Assembly: GCA_046704385.1 (NCBI GenBank)
Contig: JBJKSB010000088.1
Span: forward strand, 6,931 to 70,930
Direction of reading: 5' to 3'
From: Bacteroidales bacterium
GTDB lineage: Bacteria > Bacteroidota > Bacteroidia > Bacteroidales > SZUA-534
DNA: 64,000 nucleotides
Each line of letters starts with the position of its first letter. Position 1 is the first letter of the stretch. The notes beneath the pieces are model-generated. The model saw nothing but the letters and a program-made list of their open reading frames with translations, searched no databases and was not told the DNA's origin. A program made the translations under genes and the position numbers. This document shows, one piece after another, positions 62,125-64,000 of the stretch.

Positions 62125-62335
62125 CACCCACCTAACCTTCCTCAAGGGCATAGCTGTCAAGCTAACAAAAAATTCTATTGAATTTTGTTTGTAAAGCACA
62201 ACCTTTAACTTCTTCGTTCTCCCCTGATTAGGGTAATCCCGCCAATTGGCGGGAGAAGGGTACAAATAGGTATATTTTTGATTTGCCTTTTTTTCACCCT
62301 TTTCCCTATCGGGATTTTCCCTCAGAGAGGGAAAA
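62125..62335. repeat. Cluster of GC-rich palindromic REP-like repeats
   Basis: Perfect 18-bp palindrome TCCCGCCAATTGGCGGGA (62237-62254), TTTTCCCTC/GAGGGAAAA hairpin (62315-62335), CCCACCTAACCTTCCTCAAGGG. Confidence 0.55.
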
Positions 62336-62428
62336 AAGCTTAATAACGAGGTCTTTATCATTTTTTTTAATTCTCCTTTTGATTTAAATTAACCCAGTCA
62401 CACCAAATGTTTTATTACAATTAATTCA

Positions 62429-64000
62429 TTAAAGCTTGTTTATCTTAAGTGTCGAACTTTTCTTCCCGTCATAATTAATTGAAAGGTAATAGATACCCGA
62501 TTTATAGTTTTCACTATTTAATTCAATCAGGGAGTCGCCACGTTGTGGTATTTCAATTTCCTGGATTTTCCTGCCGGTATTATCAAAAACCATTAATTCA
62601 GCTAACTGAGTATTTTCAGGAATAAATGCAGAAATATATGTGTTTTCTTTAAAAGGATTCGGGAAATTTTTTAATTCCATATCTCCATGAACCTTATTCC
62701 CTGATAAAGCAGTTAGCAAACTATCGCTGCTGCAACCCTGGTACTCAAAGCTTGTATCATTTATAGCCCAGTCGGAAGGTTGAGGACCCATTACAAATTT
62801 CAGATCGGCACCATCTTTAATATCCTTGTGCAACAACCAGGCGTGATCCCAAACTTCTCCGTTCAAGGTACATGATTGCACGTAAACATTGTCTTTCGAA
62901 GCATTTTCTGCTTCAATGGTCAGTTTTTTGCCTCCGCCCAAATCCAGTGTTATCTTATCAAAAATGGAACCCGTTAAATAATAAATATCCTGCCCGGCAT
63001 TGGGGAAAAATCCCACGGCATTAAAAATATACCAGGAACTCATGGCCCCACTGTCGTCGTTTCCGGGATAGCCTTTTAAACTATATCCGTTTACCAGTAA
63101 TTGTTTCGACCAATAGCTTGCCAGGTCGGGCCTGCCGGCATAAATAAAAGAGTATACCGAAACAAAAGCCGGTTCATTGGCAAAATCAATCAGTTTATTT
63201 TTAAATCCATAATCAAGCTTTTCAACGTATTTTTCTTTTCCACCGTTAAGCCATACCAGTCGTGGAAACTGATGGGGTATAAACAACGAATACGTCCAGG
63301 AACTTCCTTCGTAAAAATAATCCGACCACGATCCCCAGTTCTTTTTCGGATCAATCTCCACCCAAGACCTGTCGGCCTTTCGTGGTTCAATAAATCCCTG
63401 GTAGCCATCGCTTTCAGCATTTTTATTCCACAAATTGATCCAAAGTCCGCTCCTGTCGAGATACCGGACTGCATCGTCAGTATATCCAAGCCCTGAAGCA
63501 ACTTCTGAGGCACAAAAGTCGTTGTAGGAATATTCCAACGATTTGGAGCACGACATGGTTCCCGCCGGAATCCAACCCTTGGTTTTATAACTTCCCTGAA
63601 CCGGATCAGTAATGCTGAATGAACCCCAACCCTGCCATCCGGCACGTTCTTTATCGGCATCGTTTTTCAACACTTTGTAGGCTTCTTCCCAATCCACACC
63701 GGCAACTCCTTTAACATAAGCATCAGCAATAATATTATCGATATTATTACCACCTTGTTCTTCGGCCATGTCGTTACCTGCAATATAAGCATCACGAACA
63801 ACCTTGTTGGTTTTAAGTCGCTCAATAAATGAATTTACCGTGCTTCCCACCATGTCAGGATTTATCAAAGTCATAAGCGGATACAGCGTTCGCCAGGTGT
63901 CCCAAACTGCATAATGATCGTCCCAAACAGGAACGGAGTCATCAAACCCGACCATATCGTTTGTCCGGTTTCGTGGCATTAGCATGGCATGATACATTGC
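62429..64000 (-). CDS. GH92 family glycoside hydrolase with T9SS C-terminal domain (5' part outside window)
   Basis: WDTWRT, SLEYSYND, YEGSSWTYS, NEP, GNDDSGAMSSW; NFPNPF...GIYYL CTD. Confidence 0.88.
   Translation of the reverse strand, partial: AMYHAMLMPRNRTNDMVGFDDSVPVWDDHYAVWDTWRTLYPLMTLINPDMVGSTVNSFIERLKTNKVVRDAYIAGNDMAEEQGGNNIDNIIADAYVKGVAGVDWEEAYKVLKNDADKERAGWQGWGSFSITDPVQGSYKTKGWIPAGTMSCSKSLEYSYNDFCASEVASGLGYTDDAVRYLDRSGLWINLWNKNAESDGYQGFIEPRKADRSWVEIDPKKNWGSWSDYFYEGSSWTYSLFIPHQFPRLVWLNGGKEKYVEKLDYGFKNKLIDFANEPAFVSVYSFIYAGRPDLASYWSKQLLVNGYSLKGYPGNDDSGAMSSWYIFNAVGFFPNAGQDIYYLTGSIFDKITLDLGGGKKLTIEAENASKDNVYVQSCTLNGEVWDHAWLLHKDIKDGADLKFVMGPQPSDWAINDTSFEYQGCSSDSLLTALSGNKVHGDMELKNFPNPFKENTYISAFIPENTQLAELMVFDNTGRKIQEIEIPQRGDSLIELNSENYKSGIYYLSINYDGKKSSTLKINKL

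Noticed and set aside
62074-62361. 95-aa ORF between GH92 and ROK
   Set aside because: Made of palindromic repeat DNA with no protein motif.

Overview
A 64-kb fragment of a Bacteroidota genome, probably Bacteroidales/Marinilabiliales-like (TAnnTTTG promoters, SusC/SusD, T9SS C-terminal domains, a hybrid two-component system). It has five parts. (1) 1-5.5 kb: two TonB-dependent receptors, a DUF134 plus NifB/NifX-like pair, and a dense patch of REP/MITE-like repeats. (2) 5.5-21.5 kb: the dcw cluster mraZ-rsmH-ftsL-ftsI-murE-mraY-murD-ftsW-murG-murC-ftsQ-ftsA-ftsZ. It is interrupted between murD and ftsW by a GxxExxY PD-(D/E)XK nuclease gene enclosed in 18-bp inverted repeats that end a few bases from the flanking genes; this is the best candidate for an undescribed mobile or intervening element. 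(3) 21.9-45.3 kb: a divergent GntR-associated polysaccharide utilization locus of unknown substrate (DUF5004, DUF4961, SusC/D, GH92, DUF5005/DUF4185, GH13, two cupin PGI-like proteins, ROK, long PMI, GH127-like, MFS, esterase) that also holds an unannotated, decayed glycyl-radical activating enzyme. (4) 45.3-49.5 kb: a GAF/PAS gene fragment, a toxin-antitoxin pair with a frameshifted toxin, a GH13 and galM. (5) 49.5-64 kb: an HTCS-linked locus without SusD (TonB receptor, T9SS beta-helix protein, GH88), an MBL hydrolase, a ROK kinase and a partial T9SS-tagged GH92. No rRNA, tRNA or CRISPR array was seen. All family calls come from motif recognition by eye, not database searches.
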